A stretch of 64,000 bases of DNA from a bacterium (GCA_024711295.1 JANJTB010000002.1:145804-209803); one strand, 5' to 3'; numbered from the stretch's first letter, positions 47,435 to 58,740 are shown. Notes: generated by a model not told the origin, from the letters alone. Translations and numbers: made by a program.

Positions 47435-49801
47435 TTATTGTCCTAAATGAAACAGGAATCTCCAACCAGAGACCTCTCCTGTGGTAGCTAATCTGTCGAA
47501 TCCGTAACCATAACTAAATCCCATGACACCAATAGGCATTACCATCATTTGGATACCTACACCTGCAGAACGTTTAAGGTCGAATGGATTTGTAGACCTT
47601 AGATCATTCCAAATGTTACCGGCTTCGGCAAATCCATAGAAATAAATCGGCATTGGGTCGAGAGAGATAGCAAACCTTAATTCAGCAGTATATTTTGCAA
47701 GTACCTTGCTACCATTTCCCAAGCCAATCTGATTATCAGGATAGCCTCGTAACGGAGTTACGCTAAATCCACTTAGTCCGTTACCTCCCATACGATATAG
47801 TTCTATTGGCGAAATTGTTGTATCAGAATTAAATCCGGAGATGTACCCAAATCTTGTGGATAGCATTGCAACAAGCCGGTCGTTTCCTTCAACCTTTGCT
47901 AATGTGTTAAACATTTCAAAATTGAGTTCATTTTTGAAATAATCTACTTCACCAATTCCAATTGCACCCATTGCAAAGTTTGATGAAAATGAAAATCTCG
48001 AACCTGCTGTTGGATAAAACATATTATTCAAAGATATTCTGGAAATTCTCTGACCTAATGTTACTTCAGTAAATTTACCGGCTCTGAAAAAGAATGATTC
48101 ATTTTTGTTATCATTAACCTGAACTCTAGCACTAAAATCACCACGCCAATAATCGTCAGGCCAGCGGAAACGACGTCCTAAATTAATACCAACACCGGAA
48201 CGACTTTGGTTTAGGTCTTGAAATCTGAAATAAGTATCAAAAATATTGAATCCAACTGTTGTTGGTTCGTCAAATAACCAAGGTTCAGTCAATCCCATTG
48301 AGAAATTACGATAATTATTTGCCTGGCCGAATTCCCAATTGAAGTTGAAAATTTGACCGCCCCCACCCTTGAGTGGCTCTGTAATCGAAAAATTATTAAA
48401 AGTAAAACCAATAGCACCGGTAAGTCCAAAACTACCTGCAAAACCAATTGACATATTGAAAGTGTCTGTTGATCTTTCTTCAACTTTGTAAATTATATCA
48501 ACAGCTGTATTATCAGACTCTGAAGGTTTGATATCAGGCCTGAGAGTTTCGGGTGCAAAATACTGCAGCACCTGCAAAGCCCTTATACTGCGAATAATTG
48601 CTGATCTGTCGAAGTAATCACCGGGACGTGTAAATAACTCTCTTCTGATTACTTTATCTTTGGTTTTTGTATTTCCTACAATGATAATCTTACCGTTTTT
48701 GAAACGTTCGTTTTCGTAAACACTGATAACAATATCAACAGAATCAGGGCTAACTCTGAAAATTTCCGGAATTAGCTTAGCCTGAAGATAACCATTATCA
48801 AGATATAATGATGATGCATCTGTTTGATTTTCGTTACCTGTAAGGTTCATCTGAAACCTCTCGACATCATAAACATCACCGGGTTTAAACTCCAACCTTC
48901 TCTTTAGAATATCATCGTTATAAACAGTATTGCCCTTAAAGTTCAAATTTCTAAGATAAACCTTAGGACCTTCCTCTACAGAAATGAGGATATTAACTAC
49001 TTCATTTTCGACATCATAAATAATTGTATCTTTTAGAATTGCAGCATCAATGTAGCCGTTCTTCCTAAAAAAATTCTCAAGTAACTTTTTGTCATCTTCA
49101 TATTTTTTATTGTCGAACTTGAAACTGCTCCAGAACTTCCACCAGGTTTTTTCCTTAGTTTCGTCAAAAGCACCTCTTAGTTCACTTGAAGAAAAGTTTT
49201 CATTACCTATAAACTCTATAGAATTTACCTTAAAGCTGATTCCTTCATTAACAACGACTATCAATCTTGAGTACGCAGCAGTATCTGTCGATTCAAGTTC
49301 GGCTTTAGCTCTTGTAAAAGGTGAGCCTTCTTTTTCGTATAAATCTCTGATTGCTTTCTCTGTTAAGAACAAGTCGTAATTTGATATAATATCGCCGCGC
49401 ATTTTACCAATTGCTTTTACAATATCAGGTTCATCAATATTCTTGTTTTCTTCAACAACTATACCGCTCAATCTGGGATTTTCCCTGACAATAATTTCAA
49501 GGAATACACCCATCTCTGTAATTCTGTCTAATTTAACATCAACAAAAGAAAACTGTTTACGCTGCCATAGTGCTTGGATAGCTTTTTGAATTTTGGGGTC
49601 ATTGATAAGTCGGATTTTTTCACCGGGCACCAAACCTGATAATGCAATTATTGTTTCAGTATCAGCAAACTGATTTCCGGATACTGTAATACCTGCAATG
49701 GAATATTGCTTAGGCTGTTGAACATTGCTTCCCCCCTGTGAATAAAGACTTACTGTACTCAACAGGACCAAAGCTATTACTAACAATTTATTTCTTAACA
49801 T
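47435..49801 (-). CDS. bamA: Outer-membrane protein assembly factor BamA
   Basis: 788 aa, with POTRA repeats followed by an Omp85 barrel, in uppS-bamA-skp synteny. Confidence 0.8.
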   Translation of the reverse strand: MLRNKLLVIALVLLSTVSLYSQGGSNVQQPKQYSIAGITVSGNQFADTETIIALSGLVPGEKIRLINDPKIQKAIQALWQRKQFSFVDVKLDRITEMGVFLEIIVRENPRLSGIVVEENKNIDEPDIVKAIGKMRGDIISNYDLFLTEKAIRDLYEKEGSPFTRAKAELESTDTAAYSRLIVVVNEGISFKVNSIEFIGNENFSSSELRGAFDETKEKTWWKFWSSFKFDNKKYEDDKKLLENFFRKNGYIDAAILKDTIIYDVENEVVNILISVEEGPKVYLRNLNFKGNTVYNDDILKRRLEFKPGDVYDVERFQMNLTGNENQTDASSLYLDNGYLQAKLIPEIFRVSPDSVDIVISVYENERFKNGKIIIVGNTKTKDKVIRRELFTRPGDYFDRSAIIRSIRALQVLQYFAPETLRPDIKPSESDNTAVDIIYKVEERSTDTFNMSIGFAGSFGLTGAIGFTFNNFSITEPLKGGGGQIFNFNWEFGQANNYRNFSMGLTEPWLFDEPTTVGFNIFDTYFRFQDLNQSRSGVGINLGRRFRWPDDYWRGDFSARVQVNDNKNESFFFRAGKFTEVTLGQRISRISLNNMFYPTAGSRFSFSSNFAMGAIGIGEVDYFKNELNFEMFNTLAKVEGNDRLVAMLSTRFGYISGFNSDTTISPIELYRMGGNGLSGFSVTPLRGYPDNQIGLGNGSKVLAKYTAELRFAISLDPMPIYFYGFAEAGNIWNDLRSTNPFDLKRSAGVGIQMMVMPIGVMGFSYGYGFDRLATTGEVSGWRFLFHLGQ

Positions 49802-49854
49802 ATTTGAGTTAGTTTCATATTAAAATAACCGAAAATGTATAGACGAATGAAAAA

Positions 49855-50694
49855 TTATTTCTTTAATACATTCATCATTTTTTGTAGATAATTTGAATGT
49901 TTTTCATTTTGTGCCTGGTTGACAATTTGCGATGAAGTCATACCATATCTACGTTCGCGATTCATATAATTTTGTAAGGCAAGGTACAAATCATCACTTC
50001 TAAACTCTGGCCAATATTTATTTGAAATATAAATCTCACCGTAAGCAACCTCCCAAAGCAAAAAATTACTAAGACGCATTTCACCACTGGTTCTAATCAT
50101 AAAATCAGCATCAGGTAAGTTTGCAGTTTGCAGGTATGAAGAAAATAATGATTCAGAAATATCTTCAGGAGAGATTTTTCCTCTACGAACGTCCAATCCA
50201 ATCATTTGCACAGCTCTAACGATATCCCATCTGCCGCTGTAACTGAGTGCCAGTGTAAGATTCAAGCCCTGATTATCTGATGTACGTTCAATAGACTCTT
50301 TCAATAATTTTTGCACCATTTTCGGAAGTGAACTTAATTTTCCAATAGTATGAAGCCTAACTCCATTTTCGTGCAATTCATCAATTTCTGAACGGAGATA
50401 TTGTTCGAGAATGCTCATTAAACCCGTCACTTCTGTTGCAGGACGTTTCCAGTTCTCAATTGAAAATGCATAAAGAGTTAAATACTTGATTCCGATTTGA
50501 GATGATGTTTTGACTATTTCTCGCACACTTTCCATACCTGCTTTGTGGCCTGCTATTCTCGGCATACCTTTTTCTGTAGCCCATCTGCCGTTACCATCCA
50601 TTATTATAGCAACATGCTTAGGAAGCTTTCCCAAAGAATTGATATCTTCCTGCTTTGCCAAGTCGGAAGCGCTGCGCTGATTATTCCAATTCAC
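49855..50694 (-). CDS. uppS: Undecaprenyl diphosphate synthase
   Basis: 'HVAIIMDGNGRWA' is the UPPS signature. It has a GTG start and an AAGAGGA Shine-Dalgarno sequence. Confidence 0.85.
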   Translation of the reverse strand: MNWNNQRSASDLAKQEDINSLGKLPKHVAIIMDGNGRWATEKGMPRIAGHKAGMESVREIVKTSSQIGIKYLTLYAFSIENWKRPATEVTGLMSILEQYLRSEIDELHENGVRLHTIGKLSSLPKMVQKLLKESIERTSDNQGLNLTLALSYSGRWDIVRAVQMIGLDVRRGKISPEDISESLFSSYLQTANLPDADFMIRTSGEMRLSNFLLWEVAYGEIYISNKYWPEFRSDDLYLALQNYMNRERRYGMTSSQIVNQAQNEKHSNYLQKMMNVLKK

Positions 50695-51039
50695 TGTATC
50701 CTCTTATGAATAGATATATTAAATTCATATCTTAAAAGATTTCAAAATTAACGTTTTATTTCGAAATAGACAAAAAATTGATTTTTTTTCTGAATAATCA
50801 AACATTTGCCGCTAATCAGAAAAAAAATATTATTTATATTCCCATTTCAAAAAACGTAAATATCAATTCATAAATTCGATAAAATAGTTGAATAATACAA
50901 ATTAATGACGTTGTTTTATACGAAAAGTTTCAGATTATTTCGTTTAATTTTAAATAAATCTATAAATACATTATTGAAGATGTTTTTTTTACTTATACTT
51001 CAAATATTTGAAATATTTTTTACAAACAAACGAATTAAA

Positions 51040-51050
51040 TAAATTGTATA
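51040..51050 (+). promoter_or_regulatory. Candidate -10/-7 promoter element (TTGTATAATTTG) 22 nt upstream of the agmatinase start
   Basis: Read directly. The identification of the element is inference. Confidence 0.25.
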
Positions 51051-51071
51051 ATTTGCACTGAACAAGAATAA

Positions 51072-51965
51072 ATGAACACAATTGATATTAATGGAAATTT
51101 CCTGGCAATTGAGGAAGAATTTTCGAACCTTGAGAATTCTCTTATTGTAATATTATCTGCTCCATACGAGCATACAGTAAGCTATGGCAATGGTGCCGGT
51201 GGAGGTCCTGCAGGAATTCTCGAAGCATCTGCCTATGTTGAATTCTATGATGATGAGACTGATAGAGAATTATGTTTTGAAAAAGGCATTGCAACAATCG
51301 AACCAATTGACTTTGGTGAAAAGGTTGACAAGGATGCTCTTGAAATTATACAGCAAAGGGTTGCAAAATTACTCGATAAGGATAAATTTGTAGTTACACT
51401 CGGTGGTGAACATACTATCTCAACAGCACCCATAGCTGCCCATTACAATAAATATCCTGAGATGTGTATTTTGCATTTTGATGCACATTCTGATTTGAGG
51501 GACTCTTATCTTGATAACAAATATTCTCATGCATCTTTTATGGCTAGGGTAGCTGAGTTTTTTCCTACAGATAAAATTGTTCAGGTCGGAATCAGGGCTC
51601 AGTGCAAGGAAGAATCAATTTTCATAAAAGAGAATAACGTAAAAACATTCTATGCATCAGCAATACGAAGAGGAATTTATGGCAATGATTGGCAACAAAA
51701 GGTTGTTGACTCTTTGGGTGATATTATTTACTGTACATTCGATGTAGATTATTTTGATCCTTCGATTATGGCAGCTACAGGTACTCCCGAGCCGGAAGGT
51801 TTCCTCTATAGTGAAACAATTGACATATTCAGAAAAATTAAAAAGGCTGGCAAGAAAATTATCGGGTTAGATGTTGTAGAACTTGCTCCAAGCGAATATC
51901 ACAAACATTGTGACCTAACTACAGCCAGATTGATTTACAAAATTTTAAATCTTTCTATTGATTAA
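51072..51965 (+). CDS. speB: Agmatinase/arginase-family ureohydrolase
   Basis: 'GGEHTIS', 'DAHSDL' and 'DVDYFDPS' are the Mn-binding motifs. Confidence 0.7.
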   Translation: MNTIDINGNFLAIEEEFSNLENSLIVILSAPYEHTVSYGNGAGGGPAGILEASAYVEFYDDETDRELCFEKGIATIEPIDFGEKVDKDALEIIQQRVAKLLDKDKFVVTLGGEHTISTAPIAAHYNKYPEMCILHFDAHSDLRDSYLDNKYSHASFMARVAEFFPTDKIVQVGIRAQCKEESIFIKENNVKTFYASAIRRGIYGNDWQQKVVDSLGDIIYCTFDVDYFDPSIMAATGTPEPEGFLYSETIDIFRKIKKAGKKIIGLDVVELAPSEYHKHCDLTTARLIYKILNLSID

Positions 51966-51994
51966 GAATAATAAAAAATAACTCATGGTGATTT

Positions 51995-54900
51995 ATGAAT
52001 AGATTTGTTTACGGAGTTTTATCAATACTTTTATTTGCAGTAACTTCGGTTATTTACTCCCAACCTCAAGCTGCATATATTATTCCTGACATTGGTGCAC
52101 CGGGCATGAATGTATATGTTGAGTTTGTAGCTCCGCATAATTTAAGTGGTACATTCGGTCCTGACGGGGTTTATCTGAATAATTCCAATGATCGTGTTCG
52201 AGTTGAGCCAAAAAATGCGTCAGACAGAGCTAAGGTGAAAATTGGGCCCGTTATTGTAAGCTGGGATGGAAGATTAATTTCAACGCATGTATTCATAAAT
52301 CCGGAATTAAAACCAAATTCACCCGATGCACTATTAGTACGTCCTGAGTTTAGAATTCCGCTAGTAGTAATAGTAAATGGTACAACAGGAAATGAGCAAA
52401 CTTTTTATATTGTTCAATCCAGGCCTTTTTTTGATGGCACAAAAAATCCTTCTGAGCTTACTTTTGGTTCAGGAATGCTCGGAAACCGTTCACCAAGAGG
52501 AGCATTAATATTTGACTCACTTAAGCTTGCCAGTGACAAATACACTGTATCTACCTCAGATTGCGACCCTAACACTTCAGGGAATCAGGGATATTTACCC
52601 TTTACACTATTGGTGAGAGGAAATGTTGAGGGAACAGGCAACACAGTAATATCCGTTGATGCTGTAGGAATTAATGGCGGACCCGGCGGTGGCGGTGGCG
52701 GTGGGAGATTTTATGATGGACCTAATAGCAGTAATGGAGATAACGGTGGTGATGGTTATGTCGGTGGTGGTGCCGGTGGAAGAAACAACGCCGGTTTACC
52801 TTTTATGACAAATGTATTTAGAAATCAGGGACAGGGAAGCGGAACAAACGGGAACTCTTTAAGTGGAGTATTATTCCCTAAAAATGAAGCATATGAATCA
52901 TCAGGTGGAGGCACAGGCCATCCTTTTGGTTCATCGGGAATTTCATGTAATAATGCCAACAACTGTAATCCACCGGGAGAATTTGGAGGTGGAAGTGGTA
53001 TAAATCAGGTTCGTCAGGGAGGTGCGGGAGGATATGCAACTGAAGGTGATGGTTTTAGTGGTGGTGGTAAGATTCACGGCAACATCATGAATGTTCCTTT
53101 TGCAGGTGGCTCCGGGGGTGCGAGTGGTAACCCTCAAGGTCTTGACTGCTATGCTGGAAATGGAGGTGGTGGTGGCGGAGCGATTAACCTCTTTGCCTAT
53201 AATATATCTAATTTATCTGTGAGTGCAAAAGGTGCAAATGGTGGAAATTTCTCAGGGACTCATATCAACCTTGACAGAACTCCTGAACCTTTTGGTGGAA
53301 GTGGTTCAGGTGGTATGGTGAACCTATTGTCAAAAGAAGCAATACAAGGAGTTAGTGTTGATGTTGCAGGAGGTAAAGTTAATAACCGCTCAGGCGGCAC
53401 CGGCAGGGTAAGAGTAGATTATAACTGGACTATGAACGACGTCAACATTCTTAATAGTAATGCTTCTCAGTATTATGGACTAAGAACAGATACAACGCAA
53501 TACGTGGGTAATGGTAAAAATTACAAAGTCAGGTTTAACCAGCATAAGCCAGGAAAAAATATCACATCTCACATAATTTATGCTCCTTATGGCAAAGACT
53601 GGAAAGATCTTCAATTAACACTTACTGATCCCCAAGGTTCTGATTTCTTTTGGGCTTTACTTGATCAAACAGAAAAATATCATTGCTTTGTTTTAATGCA
53701 GGAAGTTCCTAATCCAAATGATGGAGATTATGTAAGAGAACCTTTTATGGTAATGTCGCAGGCAGCGGCTAATTTACTTATTTTAGAATTAAACCCCATT
53801 CTTGTAGCAGATTCAGTTGCATCAAATCCTGCAATTACATGTATAGGTTTCGAAAGATTTATCGAAACAACAATAAAGAACGACGAAAATGCAGCCTCTG
53901 ATTTAGAAATAACTCTAAGCAATAATAACTGGATTTTTGGGAATAATGGATTTGAAATTGTAGAGCCGTTAGGCAATGTAAAGATCAAGCCGGGTGACTC
54001 AATAGTTTTGAAAGTAAAATTTGCATGGATTGATGGCGATAAAAAGAACTTATCAAACAAATTATATTTTAATCATAACGACCCTACGAAGAAGGATCCA
54101 TGGATTATTACATATACTGTAGGTGATGCTTACCTTCCTGGTATGCGACTCGAAGGAAATTTTGACTTTGGTGATGTTAGAGTTAATGGCAAATCTCAAA
54201 GAACTTTTGATTTAGTCAACTTAGGAGAAGCTCCACTTTTGATCGAGAATATAAATAATATCAATCCGCCATTTTTTGTTATTTCTACTACACCTGCTCT
54301 TCCCTATGTCCTTAATCCTGGACAATCACTAAAAATATTAGTAGAATTCAGACCAACTCAGGAAATTGAGTACAACGCAGCACTTAGCGTAATAAGTATT
54401 GTTACAGATACTACATGTTCTGCATTTTCTTTTGAACCCGTCAAAGGCAAAGGTGTTACTTCATCAATAGATGTTAATACAACCGAAATTGATTTTGGTA
54501 TTATACCCTGGTGTGACGAAAAACAAGAAGTAATTTCAATAAAGAATCCTGCTTCTGCATCAACATCTTTCACACTAACAACTTTGGCTGAAATAGTAGG
54601 AGAAAACCCCGAGGCATTTGTGATTACAAATCCTAAAAATCCTCCTATTACTATTACTCCAGGAGATGGAACCCAGTTTAACATAAAAATAAATGGAAAA
54701 ACAGCAGGTACCGGTGTAAAAAGAGCTATTTTCAGAATAGAAACAGATGTTCCGGAAATACCGATAATCGAAGTAGTTTTAAAAGCAGAGATAATTGGAT
54801 TTGATGTTGTTGCCACTCCAAACCCCATAAATTTGGGTAATGTTGATGCAGGATATGATTATATATTGCCAATTAATTTACGAAACAACGGCAAGGCATT

Positions 54901-56500
54901 GCAAGTAATAAAAGAAGCAGTTTCTAGTTCCCCTACTCAGCTAATAATACCAGATGTCAGTGGAACAAGTATCATCCCAGGAGGAGTGTTCTTATTTAAT
55001 GCGACACTTAAAACAAACCAAAAGCCGGCTAATAATTCAATAACAGTAGTTTTCCATTCACCGTGCCCGGATACAATAGCTATACCCGTAATACTGAACT
55101 ATGTAAATGCCCAAATTACTGCAAATGCCGGAACGCAACAATTATTAGAGAATCAGGTCAAGATTGATACACTGGATTTTGGAAAATTCTCTCCATGCGA
55201 AATAGGCAGTATAAAACAGATTGAGATTATCAATAATTCGGCCGGTAGATTCACTATTTTGGATGAAGAAATTATCAATAGTTCTGTAACTTGTTTCAGT
55301 TTTAATGGCACAGGACTTGATTATCCGGATACTCTGCTTACTAATACCACAAAAAATGGATTTCAGATTTATTTCGACCCTACAGGGCTAAGTGATGGAA
55401 TTTACTTTGCAGATTATCTAATCACAGTTTATATAAATGGTCAAACAGAAATCAGAAAAGTTGTCCTCAGAGCTGAAATAATCGAGGGCAAATTCAGTGC
55501 AAATCCTACAAACATTGACATTAATGAAATAGTCGGACTTACTAAAGATGGGTCTTTTGAAATCAAAAATGATGGACCTTACGAGCTTGAAATAATTTCT
55601 GTATCCGGCTTTAACCATACAGCATTCAAGCTTAATTCTAACATAAATGGTATCATAATAAATCCAAATGGTACTCTTACTGTAGATATTAGCTTTTCTC
55701 CTGATGCTGTAATTACAATAAATGATTCACTTATAATCAGAGTCAAGTCCGGTAATTGTGAAAATGATTTGGTGATTTATCTTAACGGTACAGGTACACC
55801 ATCCAAGAAATTACACATTTATATTCCAGATTTAGTTGTTGAGCCGACCTTAAATAATTTCAGAATTCCGATTTATGGTAAGCTAGAAAAAATTGGAGAC
55901 GATTTGGAAGGATTCGAGATTGAATCGCTCAAAATTACTATGTTAAGAACTGTATTTTATCCAGAAGCCATTATTGGTGGTTCTCTGTTAAGCTCAAATC
56001 TTATCGGAGATAATAGAGAGATAACAATAAATATAAATGATATATCTATTAATCAGAATGATAGCTTAATTGCTGAAATAGAAGGAGCTACATTACTTGG
56101 GGAGACAGATTTTTCAGAGATTAAAATTTCTGATGTCACATACTCAATGAAAACTCTTGTGGGTGAATTAACAACACAAAACGGATCACTCAAGACCGAA
56201 ATTTGCGAAGAAGGTGGTCAAAGGTTATTAACTGTACAAGGAAGCGGTAATACTATCAGAGTTAATCCAAATCCTTCGAATGAGCTGTCGAATATCATTG
56301 TAACACCTATCGAAAAGGGTAATTACCAACTTCAGCTTGTGGACTTATTGGGAAATATCCTGGCTGAAAAAGCATGGAGGAACGAGGATAACAAAGAATT
56401 ATCCCTAAATTTTGAAGAAAATTTAGCGCCGGGAATTTACACTTTGATACTTAATTCACCGACAGAAGTTGTTTATCAACAAATCATTATTGTAAAATAG
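51995..56500 (+). CDS. Giant (1501 aa) Gly-rich secreted surface protein with a T9SS C-terminal sorting domain
   Basis: Signal peptide. The Gly-rich segment contains 'GGPGGGGGGGRFYDG...'. Beta-sandwich-like repeats follow. The C-terminal 'VNPNPSNELSNIIVT...GIYTLILNS' is a T9SS CTD. Confidence 0.6.
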   Translation: MNRFVYGVLSILLFAVTSVIYSQPQAAYIIPDIGAPGMNVYVEFVAPHNLSGTFGPDGVYLNNSNDRVRVEPKNASDRAKVKIGPVIVSWDGRLISTHVFINPELKPNSPDALLVRPEFRIPLVVIVNGTTGNEQTFYIVQSRPFFDGTKNPSELTFGSGMLGNRSPRGALIFDSLKLASDKYTVSTSDCDPNTSGNQGYLPFTLLVRGNVEGTGNTVISVDAVGINGGPGGGGGGGRFYDGPNSSNGDNGGDGYVGGGAGGRNNAGLPFMTNVFRNQGQGSGTNGNSLSGVLFPKNEAYESSGGGTGHPFGSSGISCNNANNCNPPGEFGGGSGINQVRQGGAGGYATEGDGFSGGGKIHGNIMNVPFAGGSGGASGNPQGLDCYAGNGGGGGGAINLFAYNISNLSVSAKGANGGNFSGTHINLDRTPEPFGGSGSGGMVNLLSKEAIQGVSVDVAGGKVNNRSGGTGRVRVDYNWTMNDVNILNSNASQYYGLRTDTTQYVGNGKNYKVRFNQHKPGKNITSHIIYAPYGKDWKDLQLTLTDPQGSDFFWALLDQTEKYHCFVLMQEVPNPNDGDYVREPFMVMSQAAANLLILELNPILVADSVASNPAITCIGFERFIETTIKNDENAASDLEITLSNNNWIFGNNGFEIVEPLGNVKIKPGDSIVLKVKFAWIDGDKKNLSNKLYFNHNDPTKKDPWIITYTVGDAYLPGMRLEGNFDFGDVRVNGKSQRTFDLVNLGEAPLLIENINNINPPFFVISTTPALPYVLNPGQSLKILVEFRPTQEIEYNAALSVISIVTDTTCSAFSFEPVKGKGVTSSIDVNTTEIDFGIIPWCDEKQEVISIKNPASASTSFTLTTLAEIVGENPEAFVITNPKNPPITITPGDGTQFNIKINGKTAGTGVKRAIFRIETDVPEIPIIEVVLKAEIIGFDVVATPNPINLGNVDAGYDYILPINLRNNGKALQVIKEAVSSSPTQLIIPDVSGTSIIPGGVFLFNATLKTNQKPANNSITVVFHSPCPDTIAIPVILNYVNAQITANAGTQQLLENQVKIDTLDFGKFSPCEIGSIKQIEIINNSAGRFTILDEEIINSSVTCFSFNGTGLDYPDTLLTNTTKNGFQIYFDPTGLSDGIYFADYLITVYINGQTEIRKVVLRAEIIEGKFSANPTNIDINEIVGLTKDGSFEIKNDGPYELEIISVSGFNHTAFKLNSNINGIIINPNGTLTVDISFSPDAVITINDSLIIRVKSGNCENDLVIYLNGTGTPSKKLHIYIPDLVVEPTLNNFRIPIYGKLEKIGDDLEGFEIESLKITMLRTVFYPEAIIGGSLLSSNLIGDNREITININDISINQNDSLIAEIEGATLLGETDFSEIKISDVTYSMKTLVGELTTQNGSLKTEICEEGGQRLLTVQGSGNTIRVNPNPSNELSNIIVTPIEKGNYQLQLVDLLGNILAEKAWRNEDNKELSLNFEENLAPGIYTLILNSPTEVVYQQIIIVK

Positions 56501-56517
56501 GAAAAACGGATATACAA

Positions 56518-58656
56518 ATGAAGAAAATATTATTATTACTTACATTCATAATTTTTACCGGTCAGACATTTTCTCAGAATATTGAAGATAAACCTATTAT
56601 TTATGTTGGCGGATATGTCGGTTATCTGCTAAATTTTCACAATGCTGACTTTAACAGGTTAAGGGGTTATCCAAATTGCTGTCCCCAATTCACAGATGGC
56701 AGCGGTTCGAGCCCTGCAGTTGGCATATTGCTGGAGTATCCTCTTAATCCTCAATGGAGAGCAGGCCTTAGATTTGGAATCGCAGGGCTGAGCGGTGATT
56801 TGCAAAGAGAGCAGAAAATCGGTAATACCGAAATTGTAAGAGCTGATGGTTTCGACAATAATGAAATTGCTGATGCGCTATCAAACTACGAAATTAACTC
56901 CAATATTCAAATTATTGGTATAGAACCTTTCGTAAATTATTATCCAATTGATAATTTAAATGTAAATGCAGGTTTCAGAATCGGTATTATGAATAACTCT
57001 ACTTTCGATCAATCCGAAAGACTAATTACACCGACAAATGTTGTTTTTACAGAAACAGGTACCAGAGCTCGAAACGAAGCCAGAAATCAGGAAATTCCTG
57101 AGACGAACACACTTCAATTTCACCCTTTTATAGGCATTGGATACGACATCAAAATATTTAAAAATGCATCTTTTACTCCTGAAGCAAAATTCTATGTGCC
57201 CCTTAGCAATATTTCTGAGGAGAATTGGAGTGTTAATCAATTATATTTTGGTGCTTCATTAAAATTCCCGATAATGCCTTCTAAAGAAGTCAAAACCATT
57301 AAAAAAATTGAATACCAGAGAGATACTGTTATTAACCAGATTGCAGGTCTTAAAGATAAGGAACTTAAGCTGCTGACGAGTAGAGAAGAATTGAAAAGCA
57401 AACAAGTGGATGATGCAACGATTGTAGAGACGAAAACAATTTTTGAGTCATACCAGCTGAATATTCCACGAGATGCCAAATTCAACGAAAGTTTGGTCAT
57501 TACCGGACTAAACCGTGATGGAACTCGTCAGGCAGATCCTTCAATTATTATTGAAGAAGTCGAAACAGAAGAGAGATTCCCACTTTTACCTTATGTATTT
57601 TTTAGAGAGGGTGATTCTCAGTTAGACAAAACATCTATGAATTTGTTAACTAAATCGAACATTGATAAATTTAATCCTGATAAATTAGATTGGGAAACCC
57701 TTAAAATTTATTCAAATTTATTGAATATTATAGGTCATAGATTATCTAAGTCAAAATCATCAATTACACTAACCGGTACAAACAATAACTTGCCTAAAGA
57801 ACTTGGAGTACCAAACTTATCTAAAAACAGAGCTGAGGCAGTAAAGAATTACCTGGTTGATGTATGGGGGATCGCACCCGGAAGAATCAGCATCCAAAGC
57901 AGAAACTTACCCGCAAAGCCCGCAAATAATGATAGAAGCGACGGTAGAGAAGAGAATCAGAGAGTAGAAATTTCGTCATCAGATATAGCAATTATTGCCC
58001 CTCTTGATATGAAAGATATTGTCAGGACAGCGAATCCTCCAATCATAGAGATTCGTCCGGATTTATGGTCAGAGGTTGGCATTGACAAATGGGAAATTAA
58101 CGTGTCTCAGAAAGGACAGTTACTCCGAAACTATTCAGGTGTTGGCAATGGTAACAACAACAGTTGGGATATAGAGGACGAACCTATTCCTTCACTTGAA
58201 GAACCAATTTTAGTAAAACTCGACTATCAGGATAAATCAGGCAACAAAAGAACTATCGAAAAGAATCTCAAAATCAGCCAGTTGACAATAAAGAAAAAGA
58301 GGTTCGAGCTGAAAGATGACAAGAGAATCGAAAGATTTTCTCTGATATTATTTGATTACGACAAGTCAGAGCTTACCGAGCAGCAAAAGAAGCTGCTTCA
58401 GGATATTAAATCTAAGATACAACCTAATTCTAAAGTTATTATTTCAGGTTTTGCAGATAGGACAGGTGAAGAAGCTTACAATAAGGAACTTTCTGCAAGA
58501 CGTAATGCTGAAGTACAAAAAATTCTTAAAGTATCGGATTCGCAACTTGTAATGCAAAATGTTGGAAGTTCAGAATTGCTTTATGACAACAGCAGCCCTG
58601 AAGGCAGATCTTATTGCAGAACCGTTAAAGTATCTATCGAAACTCCTGTTAAATAA
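56518..58656 (+). CDS. OmpA-family outer-membrane protein (N-terminal beta-barrel plus two OmpA-like C-terminal regions)
   Basis: Signal peptide. The ~240-aa barrel-like N-terminus is followed by 'SKNRAEAVKNYL' and 'GFADRTGEEAYNKELSARRNAEV', both OmpA_C-like. Confidence 0.6.
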   Translation: MKKILLLLTFIIFTGQTFSQNIEDKPIIYVGGYVGYLLNFHNADFNRLRGYPNCCPQFTDGSGSSPAVGILLEYPLNPQWRAGLRFGIAGLSGDLQREQKIGNTEIVRADGFDNNEIADALSNYEINSNIQIIGIEPFVNYYPIDNLNVNAGFRIGIMNNSTFDQSERLITPTNVVFTETGTRARNEARNQEIPETNTLQFHPFIGIGYDIKIFKNASFTPEAKFYVPLSNISEENWSVNQLYFGASLKFPIMPSKEVKTIKKIEYQRDTVINQIAGLKDKELKLLTSREELKSKQVDDATIVETKTIFESYQLNIPRDAKFNESLVITGLNRDGTRQADPSIIIEEVETEERFPLLPYVFFREGDSQLDKTSMNLLTKSNIDKFNPDKLDWETLKIYSNLLNIIGHRLSKSKSSITLTGTNNNLPKELGVPNLSKNRAEAVKNYLVDVWGIAPGRISIQSRNLPAKPANNDRSDGREENQRVEISSSDIAIIAPLDMKDIVRTANPPIIEIRPDLWSEVGIDKWEINVSQKGQLLRNYSGVGNGNNNSWDIEDEPIPSLEEPILVKLDYQDKSGNKRTIEKNLKISQLTIKKKRFELKDDKRIERFSLILFDYDKSELTEQQKKLLQDIKSKIQPNSKVIISGFADRTGEEAYNKELSARRNAEVQKILKVSDSQLVMQNVGSSELLYDNSSPEGRSYCRTVKVSIETPVK

Positions 58657-58675
58657 TTGATTTTAACTTAAACAC

Positions 58676-58740
58676 AACCCCTTATTTTGCTAGTAATTTT
58701 AAATACTTGACGGCAAACTAAGGGGTTTGCCATTTATACA
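58676..58740 (+). terminator. Candidate terminator hairpins (GGCAAAC-taaggg-GTTTGCC, nested within AACCCCTTA...TAAGGGGTT)
   Basis: Read directly. The T-tract is weak. Confidence 0.3.

Noticed and set aside
50695-51071. 377-bp AT-rich divergent intergenic region between uppS and the agmatinase gene, as a possible sRNA or riboswitch
   Set aside because: Apart from a -10-like TTGTATAAT element, there are no convincing stem-loops or conserved riboswitch motifs. The region is most likely two divergent promoters.
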